Assembly (NCBI GenBank): GCA_963736855.1
Contig: CAVTQK010000014.1
Coordinates: forward strand, 1-64,000
DNA: 64,000 nucleotides
Source: an uncultured delta proteobacterium
Lineage (GTDB): Bacteria; Desulfobacterota; Desulfobacteria; Desulfobacterales; UBA2156
Direction: 5' to 3'
Of the stretch, positions 31,800 through 41,952 are shown in pieces. The notes under the pieces are model-generated. The model made no database searches, was not told where the DNA came from, and saw only the letters and a program-made list of their open reading frames with translations. Positions within the stretch are counted from its first letter, which is position 1; each line of letters opens with the position of its first letter. The translations under genes were made by a program, and so were the position numbers.

Positions 31800-32934
31800 C
31801 GCGACTCCTTTGAGAATGCGGTCCGCTGCGGCCCAGAAGATCGGCCAGGGCGCGGATAAACGCCTCCATGACTTCCTTATGGGAAAGCGTGACACGAATC
31901 CAGTTGGGAAATCGAAAGCCGGTCATGGTGCGGATCATGACCCCCTGGGTCATCAACTGCCGGTATGCCAGGGTGTCGCTCATGGGGAGCCTGATCATCA
32001 TGAAATTTCCCTCGTTGCAGAGAAATTCCAGCCCCAGCGCATTCAATTGTTCTGACAGAAAGGCCTTGCTTTCCCGGACCAGCTCCCGGCTGCGATGGAT
32101 GTGGCCGTCATCATCGAGGGCGGCCAGGGCGGCCTCCTGGGCCAGCACATTGACGGAATAGACCACGCAGGTTTTCCGGATGACATCCACCACGTCCCGG
32201 GTCCCCGCCAGATACCCGATCCGAAGGCCGGCCAGGGCATACATTTTGGAAAAGGTTCGGAATATCACCAGATTCGGATAGTTTTGGATCATCCGGATAC
32301 CGTCCGGGTAGTCCTCCTTCTCCACGAATTCGCAGTAGGCTTCGTCAACCACCACGATCTGACGGCCGCCGATCCGATCCAGAAACCGGGTCAGCCGGTC
32401 CATGCCCCAGTAGGTTCCGGTGGGGTTGTTGGGATTGCACAGGAAAAGGATTTTCGTGCGATTGTCGATTCCTGCCAGCATCCCTTCATCGTCGAATCCG
32501 AAATTTTTAAGCGGCACCAGGCGGGCTTCCATTCCCGAAAACTGGGCGACCCATTCATAAACGGCAAAGGTTTTATCCGCGGTGATGATGTTGTCCCCCT
32601 CCTGGCAGAAGGCTTTGATGACAAAGGCGATCACTTCATTGGCGCCGTTTCCCACGATGAACTGATCCGGATGGAGGCCGAATCTATCCGCCAGCCGGTG
32701 TCGGAGATCGTAGGCGTCGCCGCTCGGATAGACGGATGCCCGGGGCGGCGGAAAACCGTCGATGACCTTGCGGGCGGCCGTCGGGGGCCCCAATGGGTTT
32801 TCATTGTTGTTGAGCCGGTGCAGAACGCGGCAGCCGAAAAATTTTTTAAGCTCGTGATCCGGTTTGCTGGGAATATAGGCCTCAAAGCCTTTCAGATATT
32901 CCGGGACGAGTCTTTCGAGGGGCAGGCGGATCAT
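31789..32934 (-). CDS. HisC-like PLP aminotransferase (class II)
   Basis: NENPLG, NPNNPTG, DEAY, RTFSKMYALAGLRIGY. Confidence 0.88.
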   Translation of the reverse strand: MIRLPLERLVPEYLKGFEAYIPSKPDHELKKFFGCRVLHRLNNNENPLGPPTAARKVIDGFPPPRASVYPSGDAYDLRHRLADRFGLHPDQFIVGNGANEVIAFVIKAFCQEGDNIITADKTFAVYEWVAQFSGMEARLVPLKNFGFDDEGMLAGIDNRTKILFLCNPNNPTGTYWGMDRLTRFLDRIGGRQIVVVDEAYCEFVEKEDYPDGIRMIQNYPNLVIFRTFSKMYALAGLRIGYLAGTRDVVDVIRKTCVVYSVNVLAQEAALAALDDDGHIHRSRELVRESKAFLSEQLNALGLEFLCNEGNFMMIRLPMSDTLAYRQLMTQGVMIRTMTGFRFPNWIRVTLSHKEVMEAFIRALADLLGRSGPHSQRSRDAS

Positions 32935-34253
32935 GTTTCGGATGCATCCAACTGAAAAATGGCGATGTCTCCGTCCCCTGCATACGGAAGCACCGCCCTA
33001 GGGGTGAATCCCTGTTCGAGAAGGTGAGGTGTGAAAAGCGTCTGCCGGGGGTGGGCAAGATCCATGAAGAAAAAAACGCCTGTCGCCGGCTCCTTGGCCA
33101 GCACCTGCACATGGCTGCGGATGTTTTCCTTAGCATCCGTACCGAACTGCAAAGGCCTGATCGTCACCTGGGCCTGGGGGCGGTCGAATTCCGTCCAGAG
33201 GACCGAGAATGCCGGCATCGACTCTCCAAAATCTCTTACCGTTAAAATTTCACGGGGTAAAAATAATCGCCTGTACTCCTGTTGTAAAAAGGATTCCAAA
33301 TCCGGATGGCACCAGACCGACGTGCCGGGGTCCTCCTTCATCTGTCGGAAATAGGCGGTCCGTGTGATACGTGTCCCCTCCGGTAAAAATCCCATCCAGC
33401 CGCCCAGCCGTTCAAAGTGTTTCAGAGGCAGCTCATCGGTGGGGTATTGGTTGATGAGGCAAACGGCCTGGGTTTTGGCAATGTCGCCGATGCAGGCGTC
33501 AATGAGTTCTTCAGCCATGGGATGAGGAGACCGCTGGTTGAAAATATAGGGACCGAAACATTCGACGGTTTTGATGCCGTACCAGTGCCACAAAATACAC
33601 CCACCGATCCGATCGCCGTCTCCTTTGGCAAGGGCCGCCCGGTACTCGCCGCAGGCCACCATGTCCGACACCTTCCCGGGGAATCTGAAAAGAGACGGGA
33701 TCGACTGCTGCGGATACGCCTGGGTGATCCACTGGGAGACCAGCTTGAGTTCCTCCTGGAGTGGAGCGACCACCGTAAACGAGTTCAAGGGGTGAGTCTG
33801 GATCGATTCGGTTTTCAATACGACGGGATAGGCTTTTTCCTTGATCAGGCTCAACCGGGCCCCGCCGCCGTCGGTCTCTGAAAACTGCAGCCGGTCCACC
33901 AGGCGGGAAGCAATCCGCAATCCCATCTCCTCCAGATCGCCCTCGTCCGTGAGCGAAACGGAAGCGGTCAGGTTGAAGGCGCGCATGTTGAAGGCGCGGG
34001 TGGAAAGGAAAAAATCGATCCGAACATAATACCCGCCCCCCAGGCAGCGGATATCAACCGTCTGGGCGTTGCGATCCGCTTTGCAAAGATAAGCAAAGAC
34101 TTCCTCGATGGCCAGGGTCAACTCGGTTGCCTGGGTTGGGGCGAGCCCGAAGATCTGGGCGCCTTTCTCGACGAAGGCAGTCACCACCGGAAGGAACATC
34201 TCGTCGCTGCGAACCTGCAAACGCACGGCATTCTCCTGTTCGATGGGCGTCAT
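32931..34253 (-). CDS. Protein with degenerate RsbW-like HATPase N-terminus and uncharacterised, possibly GNAT-like, C-terminus
   Basis: ELTLAIEEVF and EMGLRIASRLVD resemble anti-sigma boxes. Confidence 0.55.
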   Translation of the reverse strand: MTPIEQENAVRLQVRSDEMFLPVVTAFVEKGAQIFGLAPTQATELTLAIEEVFAYLCKADRNAQTVDIRCLGGGYYVRIDFFLSTRAFNMRAFNLTASVSLTDEGDLEEMGLRIASRLVDRLQFSETDGGGARLSLIKEKAYPVVLKTESIQTHPLNSFTVVAPLQEELKLVSQWITQAYPQQSIPSLFRFPGKVSDMVACGEYRAALAKGDGDRIGGCILWHWYGIKTVECFGPYIFNQRSPHPMAEELIDACIGDIAKTQAVCLINQYPTDELPLKHFERLGGWMGFLPEGTRITRTAYFRQMKEDPGTSVWCHPDLESFLQQEYRRLFLPREILTVRDFGESMPAFSVLWTEFDRPQAQVTIRPLQFGTDAKENIRSHVQVLAKEPATGVFFFMDLAHPRQTLFTPHLLEQGFTPRAVLPYAGDGDIAIFQLDASET

Positions 34254-34281
34254 GATTGGGTTTCCTCTCTGGGATATCGCA

Positions 34282-36210
34282 TCAGGGTTGCGATCCGCCG
34301 TTGAATCTCAAGGCCATCATGGTGATGTCATCGGCCTGGGGCGCGCCTTTGGCAAAGGTATCGATGGACTCCATCACCTCGGCTACGATCTCTTTCACCG
34401 ACCGATCTCCCAGCTCCGACAACCGGCTTTCCAGGCGTGCCTCCGAAAACAGCTCGTCTTCGGCGTTCATGGCTTCCGTCACGCCGTCGGTATACAAAAA
34501 GAGGGTTTCGCCCTTTTCGAGGCGGATCGTTTTCGATTGATACTGAAAACCCTCTTCCACACCGAGGATCAACCCACCGGTCGGTTCCAGGATTCTCGGC
34601 CCCCCTTTTTTTTCGTTCAAAATATAGGGAGAGTTATGACCCGCATTGCTGTATTGAATCTCCCCGGTCCGGATATCCAGGATGCCCAGGATAAGGGTGA
34701 CGAACATCATGGAGGGATTCTCGAGCGACAGGTCTTCGTTGACCCGGGTCAAGACGGTTCCAGGGCTCATGACCTGAACGGCTTTGGTTTTGATCAGGGT
34801 GCGGGTTATCGCCATAAACAGCGCTGCCGGAACTCCTTTTCCGGATACGTCTCCGACGGCAAAACAAAGGTGATGGTCGTCCATTAAAAAGAAATCGTAT
34901 AAATCACCACCCACCTCTTTTGCCGGAGTGATGGCAGCATAAATGTCGAATTCCGTGCGCTCAGGGAAAGGCGGAAAGGTCTTGGGAAGCATTCCCATCT
35001 GAATATCATGGGCGATTTTCAGTTCACTCTCGATCCGCTCCTTGGCTGCAGTCGTCTCCGTCAACTGCCGAATATATTGTTGAAGTGATGTTTTCATCGC
35101 GGCGAAAGAGGCGGTGAGGCGCCCCACTTCATCGCCGCTTGTAATGGCCGGAAGTTCGATATCCAGGTTGCCCACAGCGACATGCTCGGTGGCCCTGGAA
35201 AGCGCCCTGATGGGACGGGTGATCGTTCCGGCAATCCAGACAATGACTCCCAGGATGATAAAAAAGCCGGTTATCCCCAAAAAGAGCACCGTACCGGTCA
35301 ACCGCCTGATGTCCGCCATCAGTTCATTCTGAGGGAACAAAACAGCCAGGGACCAGCCGTTGGTGGCCAGCGGCGCGTAAACCATCCAGCACTGCTTCCC
35401 TGTAAAGAGGCTGCGAAACTGGGTAAAACCGGTTTTTCCCCCGATCATCTGTCGTCCCAACTCGCGCATGCTTTCATCTTTTCGGTCTTCGGCAACACTG
35501 AAGATCGTCTCATTCATCACGAGCTTCGGATCCGGATGGGTAACAAAAGTGCCGTTCCTGGACAGGATGAATCCGTATCCCGTTTCGGCGATCTTGATGG
35601 AACTGACGATCTTCTGGAGCCATTCCAGGGAAACATCCGCAGTGATCACTCCCATGAATTTTCGATTTCCATCGACGGTTCGATAAATCGGAACCGAATA
35701 GGTGGATGTTACGATATCGCCGGCGCTTTCCCCGTAATAAGGTTCGGTCCATGCAGGGCGATCCAGCTCTTTCGGGATTTGATACCAGTCCCAATAAATA
35801 TAATCATAGTTAAGATAAGTCAGCCTCAGTTCATTTCGATACTTATAGCAATAAGGGGCAAGGGTTCGTTGGCCTCTGCCCATGGCATTTTCCTCATAGG
35901 CGATGGTGGCGCCGTAGATTTCCGGATTGTTGCCCACGACCATTCGGAGCAGATCGTTGATCTCCGTTGAAAGGATTGGAGCGCTTTCCATGAATGATGC
36001 CACGTTTCCGGGAACTTTCTCGATGGATCTCAAAACCATGTCGATACGGTTGACCGTTGCATTAGCCATATTATATGCATTTTTTTCGATATTTTGGATG
36101 ATAATGCGACGGGAGATCGCATAATTGTAAGCGAAGATAGCGGCAAAAATGACCGTGATACTCGCCAGGATCAAAACCGTGAGTTTGAGCGCAAGCCCTC
36201 TATTTTTCAT
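34282..36210 (-). CDS. Cache-HAMP-SpoIIE (PP2C) sensor phosphatase
   Basis: Two TM segments around WY...EPY Cache region; HAMP DEVGRL; VGGDLYD, GDVSGKG, YTDGVTEA, DDIT. Confidence 0.92.
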   Translation of the reverse strand: MKNRGLALKLTVLILASITVIFAAIFAYNYAISRRIIIQNIEKNAYNMANATVNRIDMVLRSIEKVPGNVASFMESAPILSTEINDLLRMVVGNNPEIYGATIAYEENAMGRGQRTLAPYCYKYRNELRLTYLNYDYIYWDWYQIPKELDRPAWTEPYYGESAGDIVTSTYSVPIYRTVDGNRKFMGVITADVSLEWLQKIVSSIKIAETGYGFILSRNGTFVTHPDPKLVMNETIFSVAEDRKDESMRELGRQMIGGKTGFTQFRSLFTGKQCWMVYAPLATNGWSLAVLFPQNELMADIRRLTGTVLFLGITGFFIILGVIVWIAGTITRPIRALSRATEHVAVGNLDIELPAITSGDEVGRLTASFAAMKTSLQQYIRQLTETTAAKERIESELKIAHDIQMGMLPKTFPPFPERTEFDIYAAITPAKEVGGDLYDFFLMDDHHLCFAVGDVSGKGVPAALFMAITRTLIKTKAVQVMSPGTVLTRVNEDLSLENPSMMFVTLILGILDIRTGEIQYSNAGHNSPYILNEKKGGPRILEPTGGLILGVEEGFQYQSKTIRLEKGETLFLYTDGVTEAMNAEDELFSEARLESRLSELGDRSVKEIVAEVMESIDTFAKGAPQADDITMMALRFNGGSQP

Positions 36211-37279
36211 GGCAATTGTAGTAAAAGGCGGGATACGTGGGAATTTGACGAATCAGATCGTTTTCCATCAATCCGGTGGCGACACGAAGATAGTCTTCCG
36301 GTTTCAACAACCCCATAGTAACAGTCGGGTCATCGGGAAGCATCAAATCCTTCATTCGTTCGAACATCCATTTTTGGTGAACCCGGGTGGCCGGGATGTA
36401 CGCCCGTTGCAGATTCATCATGACGGTGTCCAGTGTCTCCTTTGGATGCTCGAAAGCATAGCGCCACCCTTCCAGCGAAGCCCGAACAAATGCCTTGCAC
36501 AACTCCGGGTCTTTTACATAGGTCTCTTCGAGGGCGTAAATGCCGTCTTCAGGAAAGTTCAGTCCATACTCATGGAAAAAGAAAGTGGCCAATTCATCGG
36601 CATTGAATCCTGCATTGAGGATGGTATGATATTCATTATACCACATGGCTGAAGCGATATCCACACCATCCCGTAAAAAGAGGTTCACCGAAAAGGATTG
36701 CCGCACCACATGGACATCCAGGTTGTATTTCTTGAAAAACGCCTTCGGCTGAACCTGAAAAATCGGTCCCCAGAGACCCGCTTTTTTCCCGTTCATATCT
36801 TCAGGCCGTTGAATTCCTCTGCTTTTTTTGGCGATCAACATCAAGGCGGATCGCTGCATGGTTTGAGCGAGATTGACTACCGGGATGCCCTGATCCCGCA
36901 TCTGAATGGCTGAGGACAGCCAAAGGGTGGCAAAATCGGCTTTCCGGTCCTTTAAATATTGTCCGGAAGAGCGATCGGGACCTCCGGTAATGATGGTCAG
37001 GTCGATGCCGTGTTTCCGGTAGATTCCTTGCTGAAAGGCCACATAATATCCGGCAAATTGCGCCTGGGGGACCCACTGGGGGATAAAGGTCGCCTTTTTG
37101 AGGTCCTCGGCCCTGACGTCAGGGACAAAAACCACTCCGAAGAGTCCTGAAACCAGAAGGATGTTCAGAAGTGAAAAAAACAGATTCGCTAACCGAAAGG
37201 ATGAAGATGGCATCGGCAGGAAAAGCCCGCCGAGTTTAAATCCACGGCGCGTCCGGCCGTCGTTCGGATGCAGCTTCAT
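36200..37279 (-). CDS. NMT1/THI5-like substrate-binding protein (start uncertain)
   Basis: QWVPQAQFAGYYVA, FVRASLEGWRYA. Confidence 0.85.
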   Translation of the reverse strand: MKLHPNDGRTRRGFKLGGLFLPMPSSSFRLANLFFSLLNILLVSGLFGVVFVPDVRAEDLKKATFIPQWVPQAQFAGYYVAFQQGIYRKHGIDLTIITGGPDRSSGQYLKDRKADFATLWLSSAIQMRDQGIPVVNLAQTMQRSALMLIAKKSRGIQRPEDMNGKKAGLWGPIFQVQPKAFFKKYNLDVHVVRQSFSVNLFLRDGVDIASAMWYNEYHTILNAGFNADELATFFFHEYGLNFPEDGIYALEETYVKDPELCKAFVRASLEGWRYAFEHPKETLDTVMMNLQRAYIPATRVHQKWMFERMKDLMLPDDPTVTMGLLKPEDYLRVATGLMENDLIRQIPTYPAFYYNCHEK

Positions 37280-37296
37280 GATCTTTAGAGGGGCAC

Positions 37297-37629
37297 CTAC
37301 ATGTTTTCAAGGGCGTCTTCTACCCTTTCGTATATCGCCAAAATCGCATTGAACCCTGAAATTTCGAACACGTTTTTCGCCACTCCCGTAAGAGCCGCTA
37401 CAGAAAGGACGCCGTTTCCTTGCTTAAGCCGTTTTGAAACGTAAAGAATGCTTCGTAGCCCGGCGCTGGAGATGTAATTGAGCTGGCCGCCATCAATAAC
37501 CACAATCGTATTTCCCTGGTCGACAAACTCCAAAAGGCGCTTTTCAAAATCAGGTGCCGAGACCGCATCCAGTCTGCCGGCAACTGACACGACCAATCCC
37601 TTCCTCTCTCTTCTGGCATAAATTTCCAC
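37297..37629 (-). CDS. STAS anti-sigma-factor antagonist
   Basis: GRLDA, YISSAGLR, VFEISGF; GTG start with GGAGAGG RBS. Confidence 0.9.
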   Translation of the reverse strand: MEIYARRERKGLVVSVAGRLDAVSAPDFEKRLLEFVDQGNTIVVIDGGQLNYISSAGLRSILYVSKRLKQGNGVLSVAALTGVAKNVFEISGFNAILAIYERVEDALENM

Positions 37630-37891
37630 GGGCCCTCTCCTGTTTCCCAGCATCCGCGTCTCAGCCGGTGGTTTTATTTTTCCGATGCATGCCGCCAAAA
37701 ACGGCGATTGCGCATCGGCTTTCAGCTCCAGCCCAACCTTTCGAGACGTCGATTTAAACCAAAAAATGAATGTCTATTTCGATAAATGAAGCGAGTGTTG
37801 TTGTCAATCACAGTTTTGTGGGATTGGGTTAAAAGGCCGTGCCGACTCGAATCCGTCACGCTTTTCGGGTCTGTCGTATCGTCTTGGAAAG

Positions 37892-38048
37892 TTGATGAAA
37901 TCGTAAAAATTCAAAACTGGGATAGCAAAGTAAAAAGCTTCAGATGCAAGGCGCGCAAATCCTGAGGAATGAGGCGTACATATGGGTACGCCGCAATGAC
38001 GAAGGATGCAGTGCAACGCAGCAAATAAACTTTTTACGAAGCCAGCAA
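37892..38048. repeat. MITE/REP-like palindromic element
   Basis: Ends TTGATGAAATCGTAAAAA and TTTTTACGAAGCCAGCAA; internal GGCGTAC-ATATGG-GTACGCC hairpin. Confidence 0.7.
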
Positions 38049-38195
38049 AAGTTAATTCATTGACATTCAAGGATGGACTGTTGAATATTGGAAAAGCTCA
38101 AGCGAAAACTGACACCCAAAGCTATCAGCAGGGAGTCAGCTTCCGCCTTATAGACGATGGGAAATCGTCACGCTTTTTGCGGGAGTACACACCCG

Positions 38196-38609
38196 ATGCC
38201 GACAATCCGACTGGCCGCCGACTTACAAAACCTTGAAAAACTCGTGCAATTTGTTTCTTCCTTTGCCCGCAAACAGGGTTTCGACTCTAAGCGTTTGCAG
38301 GAGATCGAGTTGGGCACCGAGGAAGCCCTCGTCAACATCTTCAAGTATGCCTATCCGGGCGATCAAACGGGGGATGTGGAAGTGAATTGCGAATACGAAA
38401 AGCAAGCCGGGCTTGTCATCACGCTAACGGACAGCGGAGTCCCCTTTGACATCAAGTCCCTTCCCCCGCCGGAGTTTAGTGCTGACATCACGGACCGTCC
38501 CATCGGCGGCCTGGGGGTGTATTTGATCCATAAAATGATGGATGATATCCGATACCGCCGTGACGGAAACAAAAATATCCTCGAGCTTTTCGCTAAAAAG
38601 AGAAAGTGA
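38196..38609 (+). CDS. RsbW-like anti-sigma factor / Ser kinase
   Basis: EEALVNIFKYAY, DSGVPFD, GGLGVYLI. Confidence 0.9.
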   Translation: MPTIRLAADLQNLEKLVQFVSSFARKQGFDSKRLQEIELGTEEALVNIFKYAYPGDQTGDVEVNCEYEKQAGLVITLTDSGVPFDIKSLPPPEFSADITDRPIGGLGVYLIHKMMDDIRYRRDGNKNILELFAKKRK

Positions 38610-38647
38610 TCAATGGCCGGCTCCATCAGTCGTCGATTACGAAAAGG

Positions 38648-38920
38648 AACCGCTCAGTAACTAGGTTTTGAGGTCCTCGACCAATTTTTTCAGGATGATC
38701 CAGACCTTTTTTCCCCGTCTTCGGGCGATCTGGTGAGCGTCTTCCACCAGGGTTGCCGCCATTTCCGACAACCGGGACGCATCGGGCGGCGGGAGATTGG
38801 CTTTTTTATACCGCCATACCATCGGAATATCCGTTCGACATAAAACCGAATGCGCCCCCTGGGTTTTGCAGATGCACGATATTGAAAAATCCTTGGATGA
38901 CCGGAACGGATCCATTATGG
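38648..38920. repeat. Chimeric duplicate: 38648-38821 copies about 44352-44525, and 38822-38920 copies an lspA segment at about 46384-46482
   Basis: Direct comparison shows near identity with scattered substitutions. Confidence 0.92.
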
Positions 38921-39570
38921 GTTTGCCCGGGTCCGCTGCGGAGAGTGCGGTCATGAAGTATCCCAAAGATCCTCAGACGCTATTTTCTGTTTGACCGCAA
39001 GCTGTTATCCGAGCTCAGCCGCTGCGGGTGGAAAAGCCTGAAGGATTATTTCAGTTTGGCCTCACGAAATTCAACCACAGTACCCGGCGCCGCCATCGCC
39101 ATTCAAACATTCGGGGATTTTCTGGGGTTCAATCCCCACCTGCATGTGCTCATTTCTGATGGATACTTCCACGAAAGCGGCATGCTCAACGTCGCACATC
39201 GGATCGATTGCCGGACTCTGGAGCGCCTCTTCAGACATCGCGTGCTCAAGATGCTTTTGGAAAAAGCCAAAATCACCCGGGATATGATCACCCTTCCGGA
39301 TCAATGGCGGCATACCCTGTCTGCGCCTGCCTGTCGCGTTCACGACGCAGACAGGCGGCCTAGGCCCGAACGAGCCTGGTAAATGGCATCTTGCCGATAA
39401 AATCCGTATTGACAGTGGATTTCCCTTCAGTTAATCGAGAAGTTATACGCCACGACAAATGTGTGTTCCCATATCTTGGGGTGCAGACGATGGTAAGACA
39501 TAATTCATGCCCGTGCCTAACCCGTCCGCAAAAAAGCAACTTCTATCACTTCACTATCACTATCACTCAC
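38918..39570 (+). mobile_element. IS91-family transposase remnant with internal deletions plus conserved 3' end, copy 2
   Basis: GFARVRCGECGHE (Zn-binding part), IPKILRRYFLFDRKLL, IQTFGDFLGFNPHLHVLISDG. Confidence 0.85.
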
Positions 39571-39654
39571 TTTTGAAAGAAGCGGTGGGAATGCTCTATG
39601 AATCTCTATTTCGTTTATGCTGTTTAAACATCAGGTTGAAAAGGAACAGCAAAC

Positions 39655-41817
39655 ATGGAAGTTGAAGCGAATTTGTTTCCCAACCTCCCACAGCGCCTCA
39701 TAGGACTGGGTGAACTGGCTAAAAACCTCTGGTGGAGTTGGCATCCGGCGGCGAGGATGCTTTTTAAGAGGTTGGACCGCCAGGTATGGAAAGAAACAGG
39801 GCATAATCCGGATAAGACGCTCAAAGAACTGAAACGAGAGGTACTGGAGTCGGCCGCCCATGATCCGGATTACTTGAAGTGTTACGATGAAGTGCTTTCC
39901 AGATTCCGCAAAGACACCACCGAAGGGACCTGTTCTTATCTCCAGAACGCCGCGGCTCTAAATACGGACCCCGTGGCCTATTTTTCCGCGGAATTCGGGC
40001 TCCATCATTCCATTCCTTTCTACGCCGGGGGCCTAGGTTTTCTCGCTGGTGATCTGCTCAAAGAGTGCAGTGATTTGAAGGTCCCTATCGTAGGCGTTGG
40101 ATTCATGTATCCCGAGGGATACTTCCGTCAACACATCCGCGAAGACGGTTGGCAGGAACAGACTGATCAGATCCTTGACCGCGATGCGGCATCGATTACC
40201 AGGGTGATGAACGAAAAGGGAGAACAGGTCGTGGTCAAGGTCCCCTTGATGGAGCCTGCCATTTACGTGGCTGTGTGGAAAATATCGGTGGGTAAAGTGT
40301 GCCTTTTTCTCATGGACACCGACATCGAGATGAACGATCCCTGGAATCGGCAAATATCCGCCCATCTGTATATCGGCGATATGGAGCACCGGTTGCGGCA
40401 GGAAATCGTTCTCGGAATCGGGGGATCTGAGGTGTTGGAAAAGCTCGAAATCAGGTATTCCGTCCTCCATCTCAACGAGGGCCACCCTGCTTTTGCCCTG
40501 TTGGAAGAAATCAGAGATCGGGTCCAGAGGGGGATGGGGTTCGAAGAAGCCTGTCACCAAGTCCGGGCGGTTACAGTCTTTACCACCCATACTCCAGTTG
40601 CCGCCGGCCATGATGTATTCCCTTTTTTTTTGATGGAAAAATATTTTCGTTCCTATTGGCCGTCACTTGGGCTCAATCACGATACGTTTCTGCAATTAGG
40701 GGCGCACCCCGAATATCCGGGGGCCGGTTTCAACATGACGGCTTTTGCTCTGAGGATGTCCGGTTATCGAAATGGGGTCAGTGAAAAACACGGGCAAGTG
40801 ACCCGTCGTATGTGGCACAGTATATGGCCAGGGGTTCCGGAAGAAAAGGCGCCCATCGATCATGTGACCAACGGGGTTCATGTTCCCACTTGGATCGAAC
40901 CCAAAATGGAACTCCTTTTTAACCAGTATCTGGGGCCTGACTGGTTGGAACATCACGATGATCCGCAGCTTTGGGAATCCATTGAGAACATACCGGACGA
41001 CGTGCTATGGAAGACCCACTACTGGCTAAAGATCAAACTGATCGACGCCATCCGGGAGCGATCCCGCCAGCGTTGGACCGAGGAACGCGTGAGCCCCTCC
41101 ATTGCGTTGGCCGGAGGGGCCCTGTTGGATCCTTCCGTATTGACGATCGGTTTTGCCCGTCGCTTTGCCACATATAAGCGCGGGGATTTGCTGTTCCATG
41201 ACATACCCCGTTTGAAGAAACTTCTCAATGATCGTTGGCAGCCCATACAGATTATATTCGCCGGCAAGGCACACCCCGCGGACGATCCTGGTAAGCGCAT
41301 ACTTCAACGGGTATTCAATGCGACCCGTGACCCCGAGTTTGGAGGGCGGATCGCTTTTGTGGAAAACTATGGAGAGCAGTTCGCACAGTATATGGTTCAC
41401 GGGGTGGACGTCTGGTTAAACAATCCTATTCCTCCCATGGAAGCCAGTGGAACCAGCGGGATGAAGGCGGCGTTGAACGGGGTGCCACATTTAAGCATCC
41501 TGGATGGCTGGTGGGCGGAAGGATTCAATGAGAATAACGGCTGGGCTTTTGGACCGGACACGGCGAACGCGAACCGCGATGAAGCAGATGCCGCAGCGGT
41601 CTATGACCTTCTCGGAAAAAGGGTCATTCCTCTGTATTACACGGTTGCAGACGATGGGGTCCGTCATGACTGGGTGAAGGTCATGAAAGAGACCATCAAG
41701 AGCAATGCAGCCAAGTTTTCAGCCAGGAGAATGGTGAAGGAGTATATTCAGAAATATTACGCCAATGCCTTGAAACAAGCACATCATTTTAGAGAGTCGA
41801 TAAAGAAATTTGAGTGA
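39655..41817 (+). CDS. glgP: Alpha-glucan (glycogen) phosphorylase
   Basis: YAGGLG, HLNEGH, FARRFATYKR, EASGTSGMK, LDGWW. Confidence 0.95.
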   Translation: MEVEANLFPNLPQRLIGLGELAKNLWWSWHPAARMLFKRLDRQVWKETGHNPDKTLKELKREVLESAAHDPDYLKCYDEVLSRFRKDTTEGTCSYLQNAAALNTDPVAYFSAEFGLHHSIPFYAGGLGFLAGDLLKECSDLKVPIVGVGFMYPEGYFRQHIREDGWQEQTDQILDRDAASITRVMNEKGEQVVVKVPLMEPAIYVAVWKISVGKVCLFLMDTDIEMNDPWNRQISAHLYIGDMEHRLRQEIVLGIGGSEVLEKLEIRYSVLHLNEGHPAFALLEEIRDRVQRGMGFEEACHQVRAVTVFTTHTPVAAGHDVFPFFLMEKYFRSYWPSLGLNHDTFLQLGAHPEYPGAGFNMTAFALRMSGYRNGVSEKHGQVTRRMWHSIWPGVPEEKAPIDHVTNGVHVPTWIEPKMELLFNQYLGPDWLEHHDDPQLWESIENIPDDVLWKTHYWLKIKLIDAIRERSRQRWTEERVSPSIALAGGALLDPSVLTIGFARRFATYKRGDLLFHDIPRLKKLLNDRWQPIQIIFAGKAHPADDPGKRILQRVFNATRDPEFGGRIAFVENYGEQFAQYMVHGVDVWLNNPIPPMEASGTSGMKAALNGVPHLSILDGWWAEGFNENNGWAFGPDTANANRDEADAAAVYDLLGKRVIPLYYTVADDGVRHDWVKVMKETIKSNAAKFSARRMVKEYIQKYYANALKQAHHFRESIKKFE

Positions 41818-41952
41818 TGAACGGGCACTACGCATTTTTCTGGCGGCGCGACGGAAGACATCGTGGGGTGCGAGGCATGTCATGACAAAAAATGATACTT
41901 TTCGTTGCGGTTTCATCAGGAATAATGAAATAAGGAATTGATTCATATCCAT

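Noticed and set aside
38661..38966. 101-aa ORF as a novel gene
   Set aside because: Accidental read-through across the IS91, lspA-copy and hypothetical-gene-copy chimera.
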